Assembly (NCBI RefSeq): GCF_001194135.2
Contig: NC_068981.1
Location: 28,711,233-28,751,978, forward strand
DNA from: Octopus bimaculoides
Lineage: Eukaryota
DNA: 40,746 nt
Reading direction: 5' to 3'
Of this stretch, positions 1-12,779 are shown piece after piece. The translations under genes and the position numbers were made by a program. Position 1 is the first letter of the stretch; the number at the start of each line of letters is the position of its first letter. The notes beneath the pieces were generated by a model. The model was given only the letters and a program-made list of their open reading frames with translations. It was not told where the DNA came from and did not search any database.

Positions 1-367
1 ATATATATATATATACATATATTTGCGTTTAAATATATATATATATATATATGTTTATACATATACATATATGCATACATATACATATAGATGCGTATAT
101 ATTATTTTAGAGTTATATCTTATTCGCCGATTCCAAATACATATACTAAGGAAAATTTCCAGAAGCGAGTATATTTACCTTCAAGAATTCTCTTGCTTTC
201 TGTCTTTCTTTCCCTTTCTCTTCTTCTTCATTTCTGACTATATGCATGCGATAAACACTAATTTACATCGACACACAATCATACAGGCGCATATATATAC
301 TTTTATAATTATTTTATGTATATATATATAAATTTTATCATGTATTTGCTTATGCGATTATATATAT

Positions 368-418
<51 letters not shown>

Positions 419-420
419 AA
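1..420. repeat. Compound (TA)n/(TACA)n microsatellite region with unique spacer
   Basis: Direct: long TA/TATG runs at 1-90 and 285-420. Confidence 0.9.
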
Positions 421-1071
421 GTCAAGCACATCAAATAATATGCAATATAAATACTGTATTTATTGAAACCTACTAAGCTTTTAGGGAATGTATCATATTT
501 ACGGAATAGTAAGTGAGAAAAACTTATGTGTAAATTGAAATATCTCGAAACTAAAATATTTCTCCAGAAATGACCTGCCACTAACAGAAAAGACACCCTT
601 ATTTTCTGCAGATAACAGGTCAGTCGTGAACATATGTTTCCGTTTCAAATGTCGTCATCAGTACGGCAATCATTCTCTCCATCATTCAGGGTATATAAAC
701 AAATTTGCATTACGTGTAGCACAAATAATTGCATAAACGAAGCAAAAATGAGAGGAGAGAAATATCCCAAAATGGTGAGTGGTATTGCCTATATGAACAT
801 TTATTCTCTCAGTATTCAACACGTTCACACACTCATACATTTCATGTGAGATTCAGAATGTTTACTATAGTTGGGTATTCAGAAACATTGATGTGTGAAG
901 ACTGAGGTGTTGCTGGCCTTGTTCCACAATTAGAAACAGTTACTGGATTTCTATTAAAATGTATTAAACTGGGTATCAAGGTAAACTAGGGATTGGGGAA
1001 ATTTTCTAACTATATTTATAAGATTTTTAGAGGCAGCTTCTAGCATGGCTGTTTATATTTACATTATTCTA

Positions 1072-1198
1072 CAGGGTGTCCAGAAAGTCTGGCTACATGG
1101 AGTAAATAAAATCATAACTTAAACGATTAAATATAAGAAATAATAATTTCTTAAAGTATGTGTTAATCCCCATGTACCCAAACTTTGTGGACACCTTG
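1072..1198. mobile_element. 127-bp Tc1/mariner-type MITE
   Basis: 29-bp terminal inverted repeats (CAGGGTGTCCAGAAAGTCTGGCTACATGG vs reverse complement of right end CAAGGTGTCCACAAAGTTTGGGTACATGG, 4 mismatches); TA on both sides (1070-1071, 1199-1200); AT-rich non-coding interior. Confidence 0.85.
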
Positions 1199-1278
1199 TA
1201 TTATAGACAAATGCATAAAGATATATGCATATCGTTGACTATACATCCAGATGAATGCATATGGGTGATGCATGTTTC

Positions 1279-1279
1279 G

Positions 1280-1342
<63 letters not shown>
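1279..1342. repeat. (TATC)n microsatellite
   Basis: Direct tandem repeat. Confidence 0.95.
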
Positions 1343-1344
<2 letters not shown>

Positions 1345-1410
1345 TATTTACTTCAGTATTTCCTTATATTCATATATGTATATTCACGTAAGTGCGTGTG
1401 TGATTGTGAT

Positions 1411-1680
1411 CGGACTCACGGTCGGAGGATCGCGGTTTCGATTCCCAGATCGGGCGTTGTGTGTGTTTATTGAGCGAAAACACTTAAAGCTCCACGAGGT
1501 TCCGGCAGGGGGTGGTAGCGTCCCCAGTTTTACTCTTTCGCCCCAACTTCCTCTCACTCATTCCTCCTGTTTCTTGGGTAAAAAGCTGCGATGGACTGGT
1601 GTCCTGTCCAGCTAGTGGGGAAACACATACGCCGTGGAAACCGGGAAACCGGTCCTATGCTCTACAGGGGGCTAAGAAGA
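1411..1680 (+). mobile_element. tRNA-derived SINE, family C, 5'-degenerate copy with alternative 3' module
   Basis: B-box-like GGTTTCGATTCCC; 1411-1574 aligns with ~2458-2622; 3' part (GCGATGGACTGGTGTCCTGTCCAG...GGAAACCGGGAAACCGG) differs from the 2426 copy. Confidence 0.7.
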
Positions 1681-1827
1681 TTTCCAATGACACAAAACGC
1701 GATATAAAATTAAATTAAATGTAAAATTTAAAAAAAAGGCTAGGAGGTTTTCCTGTTTTATATCACGTTATTGAGTAACTCTCAGAAATCACTTATACAT
1801 CCTACTCCTGACAGTAGTTTATATAGA

Positions 1828-1965
1828 GGCGGGAGTGGCCGTGTGGCAAGAAACTTGCTTCCCAACGACATGGTTCCAGGTTCGGCCCCACTACGTGGCC
1901 CCATGAGCAAGTGTATTCTACTATAGCCTTGGATTTGGTACACGGAAACTGAAAGAAGCCCGTCG

Positions 1966-1996
<31 letters not shown>

Positions 1997-2222
1997 GTTG
2001 TGATATATTTGTGTGTGTTTGTACTCCCTCCGTCACTTGACAGCCGATGTTGTTGTATTTCCGTCCCCATAACTTAGCGATTCGGCAAAAGAGACGAAGT
2101 GTATAAGTACTAGGCTTATGAAGAATAAGTTCTGGGGTCGATTTGTTCGACTATACGCGGTGGTCCAGCATGGCTGCAGTCAAATGACTGATACAAGGAA
2201 AAGAGTAAAAGAGTAAAAAGAG
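1828..2222 (+). mobile_element. tRNA-derived SINE, family B, near full length, with internal (AT)n/(GT)n tract
   Basis: A-box TGGCCGTGTGG, B-box-like GGTTCGGCCC; same head as 40475 copy; same tail (CAGCATGGCTGCAGTCAAATGACTGA...AAAAGAG) as 24430 and 14640 copies. Confidence 0.85.
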
Positions 2223-2425
2223 ATACATGTCCGTACAAAGATTTAAGTGAAAACTAATTCTGGTTCGTAATTACTTCACTATTTTGACGTCAATAGCCAT
2301 CAACATTAGGAACGGCCTCGACGATACAGAGCGCCATGACCTGCGAATGTTTGTACTGCTTTCTACCGTAACAACCATTGACCTTTGACATGTATCTTTT
2401 TTTATCCTCCTGTTCTCCCTAGAAG

Positions 2426-2811
2426 AGTTGAGGCGCAATGGCCCAGTGGTTAGGGCAGCGGGATCGCGGTCATAGGATCGTGGTTTCGATTCCCAGACCG
2501 GGCGTTATGAGTGTTTATTGATCGAAAACACCTAAAGCTCCACGAGGCTCCGGCAGGGGATGGTGGCGAACCCTGCTGTACTCTTCCACCACAACTTTCA
2601 CTCACTCTTACATCCTGTTTCTGTTGTGCCTGTATTTCAAAGGGTCGGCCTTGTCACACTCTGTGTCACGCTGAATATCCCCGAGAACTACGTTAAGGGT
2701 ACACGTGTCTGTGAAGTGCTCAGCCACTTGCACGTTAATTTCACGAGCAGGCTGTTCCGCTGATCGGATCAACTGGAACCCTCGACGTCGTAAGCGACGG
2801 AGTGCCAACAA
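2426..2811 (+). mobile_element. tRNA-derived SINE, family C, full length with 9-bp TSD
   Basis: A-box TGGCCCAGTGG, B-box GGTTTCGATTCCC, CAACAA tail; TSD CCCTAGAAG at 2417-2425 and 2812-2820. Confidence 0.85.
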
Positions 2812-3571
2812 CCCTAGAAGTATCGGTGGCTCAGTATATATCTCTTCTACACCTTGACTTAGTAACACGAACTGTGTTACAGGAAATTGACCACATATAA
2901 ATCTACCAGTCTTTTTTACTGAAGCGGTGGGTATGTTGAGCAATAAAATTGCTATATTAGAGTAATTAATATTATTATTTGAAAGCTACAATTAAATATC
3001 TTTTGTACCAACATGTCATCGTGGTCGACGTATGAATGTTCTATAATAACGCTAATCATAAAGGCTGACGTTAAAATACGTTCGTGCAAGCAATGCTTTA
3101 TGAAACCCAATGACATGATGATTGAAAGACTAGCGTATGTTGAAGATAAAAATAAGTCGAAAAACATTACAGGTGACCTTTAAAGGCAGATCATAGCAAG
3201 CTTCTTAATTTGACAGTTATATTCTTTCGGAAGGGATACGGATTCTGTTGTTTTTATATTTTTTGTCTTTTTATTTACAGTAGTGGCAGTAGTGGTGATA
3301 GGGCGAGTAATGGCAGCGGTTTAGCTGATGGTGTATTTGACATTGTTACAACGCTTCTGCTGCAGTAACTGAGGTTTGGTGATATCATACTAAGAATATG
3401 AATATCATTGTCATTATGAACAAACAAAATACTGTTTCACATTTTTGTTTTCTTTTTTGCTTTATTATTGCATCAGGAAATGTGAATACAATCTACTTAA
3501 TAGTTACAGAGGAATATAGGTAGGACTTCACACATATACATACACATTCACATACACATGCATACATACAT

Positions 3572-3626
3572 GTACATACGTACATGTATGTATGTATGTA
3601 TGTATGTATGTATGTATGTATGTATG
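3572..3626. repeat. (TATG)n microsatellite
   Basis: Direct tandem repeat. Confidence 0.9.
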
Positions 3627-4768
3627 TGCACATAAATACTTAAACACAAAAGGTATGTATTCACTTTTTTCTCCCCGTCTAGCAAACATTTTTTCCTCTG
3701 GGTCTATTCATTTATCTTCAAATATGTCTGTATGTATTCAAAAACACAACCGAGTTAAGTACAGGCTTTTTCATCAACATAAATTTATGTAAATATGCAT
3801 GTTTGAGTGTGAGAGGGCGGGGAGCTTGGGGTGTGTACGCGCGTGAGTGTGTGTGTTGCCGTGTGTGTATGTGCGTGTGTGTATGTGCGTGTGTGTTTGC
3901 TTTCGCTTCTAATACGTCATCTTAATGGAGTCCGAGCCGGTCTCTGACTAAGTGACAACAAGTGTTTTGAGTTAAGACATTTCCCAGAACCTGCGAATAT
4001 TTGACTGAGTTAGGGTGTACATATATTCAGATGTATACACCTGCGCTTATGTTCCCCGTGAACATGTCTCTTTAGTACTGAGTTGTGTGTGCATATGTGT
4101 GCGTGAATCATTACCTTTTATGTATGCATGTATGTACGTATGAAAGTACGTAAGCATGTATATGTATGTGTATGTTTATCTATGCGCATGTGTAACGTGC
4201 AATACCTTCTCAAAGACGCAAGTAATACTCCAATGTGGTTCATATATGAGCTATACAAAATATCAACAGATCGACAACACATCAAAGAAGAGTTATCTTC
4301 AAGACATGATGAGAAATGAAGTAAATAGTTTTGTATATTTTGTAAGTATTCAAGAAATCAAGTATTAGGCTGACAGATTTCAATACCATATTAACGCCGC
4401 CTCTTTGGAGCGCGTTATTTCAAAGGGCGTTAATATCATATCGTGATGTTTATTGATTTCTGTCTAAAGTAACAGAAATCAACAAACATCATGTGACTGA
4501 CCGCTACACTTTTACCTGTCACGAGGATTATTACTAATCAGCACAACCTGATAAAATAAAGTACTTGGTTACTGCACAAATGATTGACGAATATTTTCAT
4601 TGTATATTATATCAGAGATTCAGTTTTCACACTATTTCTTCATTTTAGACATATGTCGTAGCCCTTCGTGCTTTTAATTGCACTTTGAACAATTTCACAA
4701 AGACGAATCGAAATTAAACTCTATTTAGTTCTTATTGTTGTTTCCCTTCCATATTTACATAGTCTTTC

Positions 4769-4950
4769 GTATTTTGGCATAAGATCACAGTTTTGAGGGG
4801 AACATATCAACACTAGTACTGAAGTGGTACTTTTTTGCCAACCTCTAAAGGAGGAAAGACAAAATCAAACTCGGCGGCATTGAAACCCAGAACGTAAAAA
4901 GGCGAAAGAAATTCCGCGAAGCATATTATCCCGGCGAGGCGGCGACCCTG
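4769..4950 (-). mobile_element. SINE family A, diverged copy
   Basis: Reverse complement aligns with the 5369 and 38095 copies (ACGTTCTGGGTTTCAATGCCGCCGAG...GTACCA...TTATGCCAAAA). Confidence 0.65.
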
Positions 4951-5368
4951 TCATTATGTTGTATTATACAAATACATGAATACAGGTAGTGTGTATGATT
5001 GCAAATATACATACATACATACATACATACATAGGGAAGCACATATATCGCTGAATTGTTACATAGTTCGCTTCGCAACTGCAAGGTAACTGGTTCGTTC
5101 CTATAGTGATGTATATTAGATATATGCCATTTTTAAGGAACTTTAAGCTGACTTCTGTCTTGTGTGTGAAATTGAGTCAAAGAAAGCTATATCGCAAGTA
5201 GTCTAATGAACTGTACTTATAACTCAAAGGTATAGTCTTGTCATGCATTGGGCTGCGCTCATTCTTTCTGAAAATTATGTGTTTATGGAATTCTCTATCA
5301 TTTGAATTGATCGGATGACTAAAGTACTTGGAAACAGACCGAGGACCTTCAATATATTACAGTATGTA

Positions 5369-5581
5369 AAGCGGAGAGCAGGCAGAAACTTTAGCACATC
5401 GGGCGAAATTCATAGCAGTACTTCGTTTGTCTTTACGTTCTGAGTTCAAATTCCGCTGCAGTTGACTTTGCCTTTCATCCTTTCGGGGTCAATAAATTAA
5501 GTACCAGGTGCGCACTTGGGTCGATCTAATCGACTAGCCCCCGCCCTAAAAATTTCGGGCTTTGTGCCAAGAGTAGAAAAG
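5369..5581 (+). mobile_element. SINE family A, full length with degenerate 18-bp TSD
   Basis: Head GGCAGAAACTTTAGC, B-box GAGTTCAAATTCC; flanks AATATATTACAGTATGTA (5351-5368) and AATATATAGCAGTATGTA (5582-5599). Confidence 0.85.
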
Positions 5582-6057
5582 AATATATAGCAGTATGTAT
5601 TTTTGTATATTTACACACACACACACGCACACACACACACACACGCAGACGCACGCACACATACACAGGCGCAAACACACACGCACACACGCGCAAACAC
5701 ACACACGCACACACGCGTAAACACATACACAGACACACAAAAATCAAAGAAAATACATAAAAATATATTTACATGAATTATGTATAAGGATTAACCAGTC
5801 TTCTGTGACGGTGGGAGTACGTGATCGTGTGTGTGTGTGTGTGTGTTTGTACTTTGTATATTTTATATAAGAGTTGATTTTCTTTGCAGTACTTACCAGT
5901 TAAATACCCATGGTCGAAACCTCTCCTTTGGATGCAAAGAAATAAATGCTCCTAATTTGTGTGGAAAATTTCGCTACAGAATTTGGCCTGAAAATGGAAT
6001 CGTCTTGAACCAGTCTCTAGGCCAACACAAGTATACTACACTTTAAAATCTTCTTAG

Positions 6058-6135
6058 TGAAACCACAACACATACCCAAGGCACACAGAGCTGCGCTCGG
6101 TAGTGAAGTGAAAGCACGTTATAAAAATAAAACTA

Positions 6136-6207
<72 letters not shown>
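6058..6207 (+). mobile_element. 5'-truncated 3' end of a non-LTR retrotransposon with (TAA)n tail (possibly R4/Dong-like)
   Basis: ~80 bp unique segment ending ATAAAAATAAAACTACTG followed directly by about 23 AAT units; clade assignment from recollection only. Confidence 0.45.
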
Positions 6208-6208
<1 letters not shown>

Positions 6209-6227
6209 TATTATTATATTATTCTGC

Positions 6228-6672
6228 TCAATACCACAGATTTGCTTGTCTGTTGTTTGACCTTAACCAGCTGAACGACCTTAACCAGCTGACGAGATGT
6301 GCATCTCTGATTACGAGCAGAAGTAGTGGGAAAAAGTCATAGCCATGTGTTGAGAGGAATTCTTTGTGATTTGGATAATTCATCCCTGGAGCCATGGGTG
6401 TTTCGTCCAACGACTTTAAACATCCCTTATTCAAGGACCTTTTGAGCTGGATGGGCTATTCGACCTGAAGAAAATGCTAACTGGGCCCCACCTGCAAGTT
6501 CATGCGCTGATAATCTTCATATGAGATCACCATGTCGCACACATATGGATGTTATGCATGTGCCTGGTGTACCCTTTCCAGACGGTTAGTCATGATGTGT
6601 ATGCTGGGCTTCGTATATGTTAGCCCAGTTTCAATTTGATGGCATGAACTGCTCTCTCACTGAATAATAATA
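6228..6672 (+). mobile_element. Interspersed repeat, probable non-LTR 3' region ending in short (AAT)n; internal tandem duplication GACCTTAACCAGCTGA
   Basis: GC-richer block between microsatellites ending CTCTCTCACTGAATAATAATA; recognised as a recurrent octopus repeat from memory; single copy in this window. Confidence 0.5.
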
Positions 6673-6759
6673 GTAAATATGTTGCGTTCGAAAATATTTT
6701 ACTCTTGCGGTTAAAAATCCCAGTAAAGTACGTTCAAACGGAACAGCTATGTTGTAGTG

Positions 6760-6811
6760 GCTATGAGCATCTCTCTCTCTCTCGTTATCTCTCTCTCTCT
6801 CTATCTCTCTA

Positions 6812-6859
<48 letters not shown>

Positions 6860-6869
6860 NNNNNNNNNN

Positions 6870-6920
<51 letters not shown>

Positions 6921-7049
6921 TATACATATATATATGTGTGTGTGTGTATGCATATATATATTCATATATATATATACACACATATACATATATATACATA
7001 CATATACATATACATACACACATACATACATACATTCATATACATATAT

Positions 7050-7115
<66 letters not shown>

Positions 7116-7258
7116 GTCTCATGGCTAGCCCCCGATACATTTTTCTGCAAAATACGGGTAGATTATCCTGTTCATGCTATATTATTAGCAGTATCCAGCG
7201 CTTGAGAATAAAATTATTTTCGTATATGTATGTATATGTGTGTGTGTATGTGTGTGAG

Positions 7259-7289
<31 letters not shown>

Positions 7290-7325
7290 GTGCGTGTGTG
7301 TGTGTGTGTGCGCGCGCGCGTGTGT
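6760..7325. repeat. Compound (CT)n-(TA)n-(CA)n-(GT)n microsatellite block
   Basis: Direct; contains a 10-N gap. Confidence 0.95.
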
Positions 7326-8539
7326 ATAGGCTCAATATACGCTTTTACGAAGCATGACGAATAGTGCTTATATCTGATTCACTGTGAATGTATAATAACA
7401 ATAATAAAATCAACAACAAGCTTAATGAAACAGAAACCTTAATATGTCTTTCTTGGATAAGTAAAGAAATTGGTGAGATATTTTCTGCCGCATTCCTTTA
7501 ATGCCGTCTACGACAATCTAGTTAGCAGCAAGTCTGACAAAGCATAAACACCCTGAAAAAAAGAACATATCGGCATAAACGAAAAAAATCAAAAAAAAAA
7601 AAAATTAATAAATAAATGAACTATAAAAAAAAAATGTATAAAAAAAAAATAACGTAAATAACGGAAACTATTGCCTCTGTAATAGCAACGACATAAAGTA
7701 CAATAACAGGATAAACAACACAATGGGCAAAAAATGGTTTCGAATAAACCAAGACACACACGAATGTATATTTATAAGCGTACGTATATATGTGTGCATG
7801 TGTGTCTATATATATATATATANNNNNNNNNNNNNNNNNNNNNNNNNNNNNNNNNNNNNNNNNNNNNNNNNNNNNNNNNNNNNNNNNNNNNNNNNNNNNN
7901 NNNNNNNNNNNNNNNNNNNNNNNNNNNNNNNNNNNNNNNNNNNNNNNNNNNNNNNNNNNNNNNNNNNNNNNNNNNNNNNNNNNNNNNNNNNNNNNNNNNN
8001 NNNNNNNNNNNNNNNNNNNNNNNNNNNNNNNNNNNNNNNNNNNNNNNNNNNNNNNNNNNNNNNNNNNNNNNNNNNNNNNNNNNNNNNNNNNNNNNNNNNN
8101 NNNNNNNNNNNNNNNNNNNNNNNNNNNNNNNNNNNNNNNNNNNNNNNNNNNNNNNNNNNNNNNNNNNNNNNNNNNNNNNNNNNNNNNNNNNNNNNNNNNN
8201 NNNNNNNNNNNNNNNNNNNNNNNNNNNNNNNNNNNNNNNNNNNNNNNNNNNNNNNNNNNNNNNNNNNNNNNNNNNNNNNNNNNNNNNNNNNNNNNNNNNN
8301 NNNNNNNNNNNNNNNNNNNNNNNNNNNNNNNNNNNNNNNNNNNNNNNNNNNNNNNNNNNNNNNNNNNNNNNNNNNNNNNNNNNNNNNNNNNNNNNNNNNN
8401 NNNNNNNNNNNNNNNNNNNNNNNNNNNNNNNNNNNNNNNNNNNNNNNNNNNNNNNNNNNNNNNNNNNNNNNNNNNNNNNNNNNNNNNNNNNNNNNNNNNN
8501 NNNNNNNNNNNNNNNNNNNNNNNNNNNNNNNNNNNNNNN

Positions 8540-9210
<671 letters not shown>

Positions 9211-10439
9211 ATAGTTGTAGTTTGTTTTTAACTATGTTGGCCCAATGCCGAAGCCAGAAATATATCTAAGACATGTAATACGTTCACTACCACACGCACC
9301 CCACGCACATATACAAACACAAACAGAAGAATTCAAAAATGCATCCCTGCACACATGCACGCATTGTTTTGGTTTATTTCCTTGTATACATCCATCAAAA
9401 TTCTCAGTACACCCTGCCGTCAGAAGTGTGTAGCGTGTGAAATTATGTTCGCCACATGTAAGATAAGCAAGATTACATAACTGAATTCTTTGTTCTATAA
9501 GTATTGAACGATAGCTCGTTTCGGTTATGTATTTATTTACCATACACATGTTTACACGGCATGTGAGACTTATGGTTGTCTAACTGCCAGTCAAAGATTT
9601 GCAGGATTCACATATACGGTGAAAGAACACCGGAGGGATAAAATTGTGGGACGAAAAGTGAAGGTGTGTGATTAGTGTGGACCTCTGGGGACACGTAGTA
9701 GTTTTAACGATAGTTAAACAGAGGTAGAGTGGAAAATAAGTTTGAAATGCCTTACAGGATGCAGCTCGAGCGGATGCCACTGTATCTATTGTAAAGCAAG
9801 CGAGATGTGATAGTGTTTGGACTAGAGGATGGAATGTGTTGGTGGTCGATTTTATTCCAAACAGTAAAGATCCATTATTTATATTCTGCGTAGCATATTT
9901 GTGCGTGTCACTTATTGCGACGTCCCAGATATAGAATCTGTGCTCAGTCGAGAAATTTGCTAAATTTAATCATTTTGTATTGCAACAACATTCTGAGGCC
10001 AGAATTTTTAAACTTTGTTATGTTGATGATTTGAATTCACTGGGAAAGATGTTAGAGATGATGCAATCTGGCGTTTGTGAGGGATCGTGAGGTTCTTATT
10101 TGCATGTCGATCATATTTGTTTCTTACTTGCTGGGTCTCGAGTGAAGGGTAGTGCACATGGCTTTTGCAGGCCCTCGGTGATATTGATTTCATTAATGAA
10201 CATATTGAATTTTGTAAATCAATGCCTGCAGTAAAAATATATGATCTGGGAAATAGTTTCAGAGGACGGATGTTCTGGGAAGGAAGGGCTAGGCGTAGTG
10301 CTTCATACTAGGACGGGAGATCTGGACACAACAAGGGTGATGAGACGCAGAGAAAGAAGTCTGACAGGAAAGCCTGTGGTGAGATAGCAAGAGCCGAACG
10401 AATTCCAAGAAGAGGTCGTTATAGTTGCGGTAGTAAAAT

Positions 10440-10536
10440 GAGAGAGAGAGGGAAGGGAAGAGAGAGAGAGGGGGAGAGGGAGAGAGAGAGAGGGGGGAAC
10501 AGAATAGAGAAAGAAATAAACAAACAAAAACTGGAA

Positions 10537-10574
<38 letters not shown>

Positions 10575-10585
10575 GAAAGAGTGAG

Positions 10586-10628
<43 letters not shown>

Positions 10629-10671
10629 AGGAAAGAAAGAAAGAAAGAAAGAAAGAGAAAGAGTGAGAGAG

Positions 10672-10705
<34 letters not shown>

Positions 10706-10725
10706 CAAGAAAGAGAAAGAGTGAG

Positions 10726-10772
<47 letters not shown>

Positions 10773-10811
10773 ACGAAAGAAAGAAAGCAAGCAAGGAAGA
10801 GAAAGAGTGAG

Positions 10812-10864
<53 letters not shown>

Positions 10865-10915
10865 TAAAGAAAGAAATGGAAGAGTTATAGAGGAAGAAAG
10901 AGAGAAAAGGCAAGA
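10440..10915. repeat. Polypurine (GAAA)n array with periodic GAGAAAGAGTGAGAG interruptions
   Basis: Direct; interruption motif near 10572, 10654, 10712 and 10799. Confidence 0.95.
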
Positions 10916-11651
10916 GCGAGATAGGTAACCTTATGGTATGGAAATTACGAAGCGTCTGCGAGCGAGTCTTTGTCAGTCCGTTGGGTAAACCTTTTCTTGA
11001 TTTTCTCTAGGATTTCTAATTCTGCATCGGCATCTGTAGCTGCAACACTGTCACAGACATAGAAGAATTACGCTGTTGTTCGCATCACCTGCGCTTTTTA
11101 GATTATAATTAATTGTTGACGTATGTAAAGCCAGCTATATTAAAGATGTGCTTTCCCCAAAAGAGATCTTTTGTGATAGTAGGACTGAAAGATAGGGATG
11201 CGATGGGTTTTTCCTTTGTTTATTGAAGGAGACAAAATGAGTATCACCCTATGCAGAATTGTTTTCAAGAAATCTATTTATGTACCCGGTACATATCGTC
11301 TCAGTTGCTGCCGCATCAGTGCTTTCTATAGATGTTTGTACTGAAAAGTGGTTTCAGTGCTATATTACACTCCATCCACACAGAAAATTCCCGCAGATGA
11401 ACTGGTTAGACTCTTTGGAAGTTTGTACCAACTTACTGACTATAGGAAATGGCAGAAGTTCACTTCCACCCTGTATGTATGTATGTATGTATGTATGTAT
11501 GTATGTATGTATGTATGTATATATGTATGTATGTATGTCATTATTCTGATTTATTTCAAGATTCTTTGCTAATAAAGAGCCGGTCTGTAACCTAGATTCA
11601 AGGCTCCTTCACTGGAATTTCAACTTCAACAACAGGGCATTTTTGTATAGA

Positions 11652-11688
<37 letters not shown>

Positions 11689-12326
11689 TGAAGAGAATGA
11701 ATGGGTTAAGCATACAGATTTAGTATATGTCTGATTGAGTATATGTCTGATTGATTATTCTAAACATTAATTGTAAGATAAGTGAATGTAAGGTGAAGCG
11801 TTATTCTGACATCAAATGCATCTTCTGTGTACTTCATTTTGTATGGTATCATGTTTCGAGTGTTTCTCCCTGTGTGTTTGTATGTGTCTGTGCATGTGTG
11901 TGCCTGTGGGTCTGTTTTTCTTTCGCTCGTGCATGTTTGTGTAAGTGTGCATGTGCAGGTGTTTGTAAGCAGATGGGGGTGTATTTCTTTGTGCCCTTTA
12001 TATATCTCTAACACATCAATTTCGTTATATTTCCGAAATTCCGCCGCTCGCTTACCACCTTCCTGCCAAACTATTCCTTTCATGCCTTCACTTTCCATTC
12101 TAATATTTTTTTTTCTGTACTATAAATACAACGTTATTGTTTGAATGTAAATTTTTGCAATTCCACACTGAAACACCTTAATAAGTACAACGTATCTGGG
12201 AACCTAAACTCTGCTACTTACGCACCTCAACCACCACTACCATCAATATTACTACTACCACTACTAATGCTAATAATAGTAACATTGCCACTATCGCTAC
12301 TAATACAGCCACCACAATTGGTACGA

Positions 12327-12522
12327 AATATTGGTTTCAAATTTTGGCACAAGGCCAGTAGTTCTTAGGAAGAGGGCTAGTCAATTACATCGACACCAGA
12401 GATCAACTGGTATGGCACTTTTTTCATAGACCCCGAAGGACAAAGGACAAAGTCAAACTCAGACGAAATCCCACTTAGCAATTTTCCCGGCGTGCTAACG
12501 ATTCTTCTAGCTCGCCACCTTA
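12327..12522 (-). mobile_element. SINE family A, diverged copy with internal deletion
   Basis: Reverse complement TAAGGTGGCGAGCTAGAAGAATCGTTAGCACGCCGGG...TTGTGCCAAAATTTGAAACC. Confidence 0.75.
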
Positions 12523-12615
12523 TTGATAACAAACATACTAATAATCATTTCTACTCCAGGCACAAGATCCGAAATTTTGGGGGAGAGGGCCAATAAATTA
12601 GATCGACTCCAGTGC

Positions 12616-12686
12616 GGGCATGTGGCGTAGTGGTTAAGAGCGCAGGCTACTAACCCCAAGATTCCGAGTTCGATTTCAGACAGTTA

Positions 12687-12779
<93 letters not shown>

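Noticed and set aside
619-774. Alternative exon (VSREHMFPFQ...KYPKM|gtgagt) chained to 2986-3172 and 4216-4320
   Set aside because: Phases can be made to fit, but the acceptors and donors are weak, the product has no recognisable homology, and it conflicts with the 568-618 candidate.
11760-12098. Protein-looking ORF MESEGMKGIVWQEGGKRAAEF (also 17097-17312 and ~10945-11050 minus)
   Set aside because: Purine-rich strands give E/K/G-rich pseudo-proteins; no motif, and two of them run into microsatellites.
12616-12690. Possible genuine tRNA gene (also SINE A, B and C heads)
   Set aside because: A/B boxes are present but acceptor and anticodon stems do not close, and each head is fused to a repeated body; these are SINE heads.
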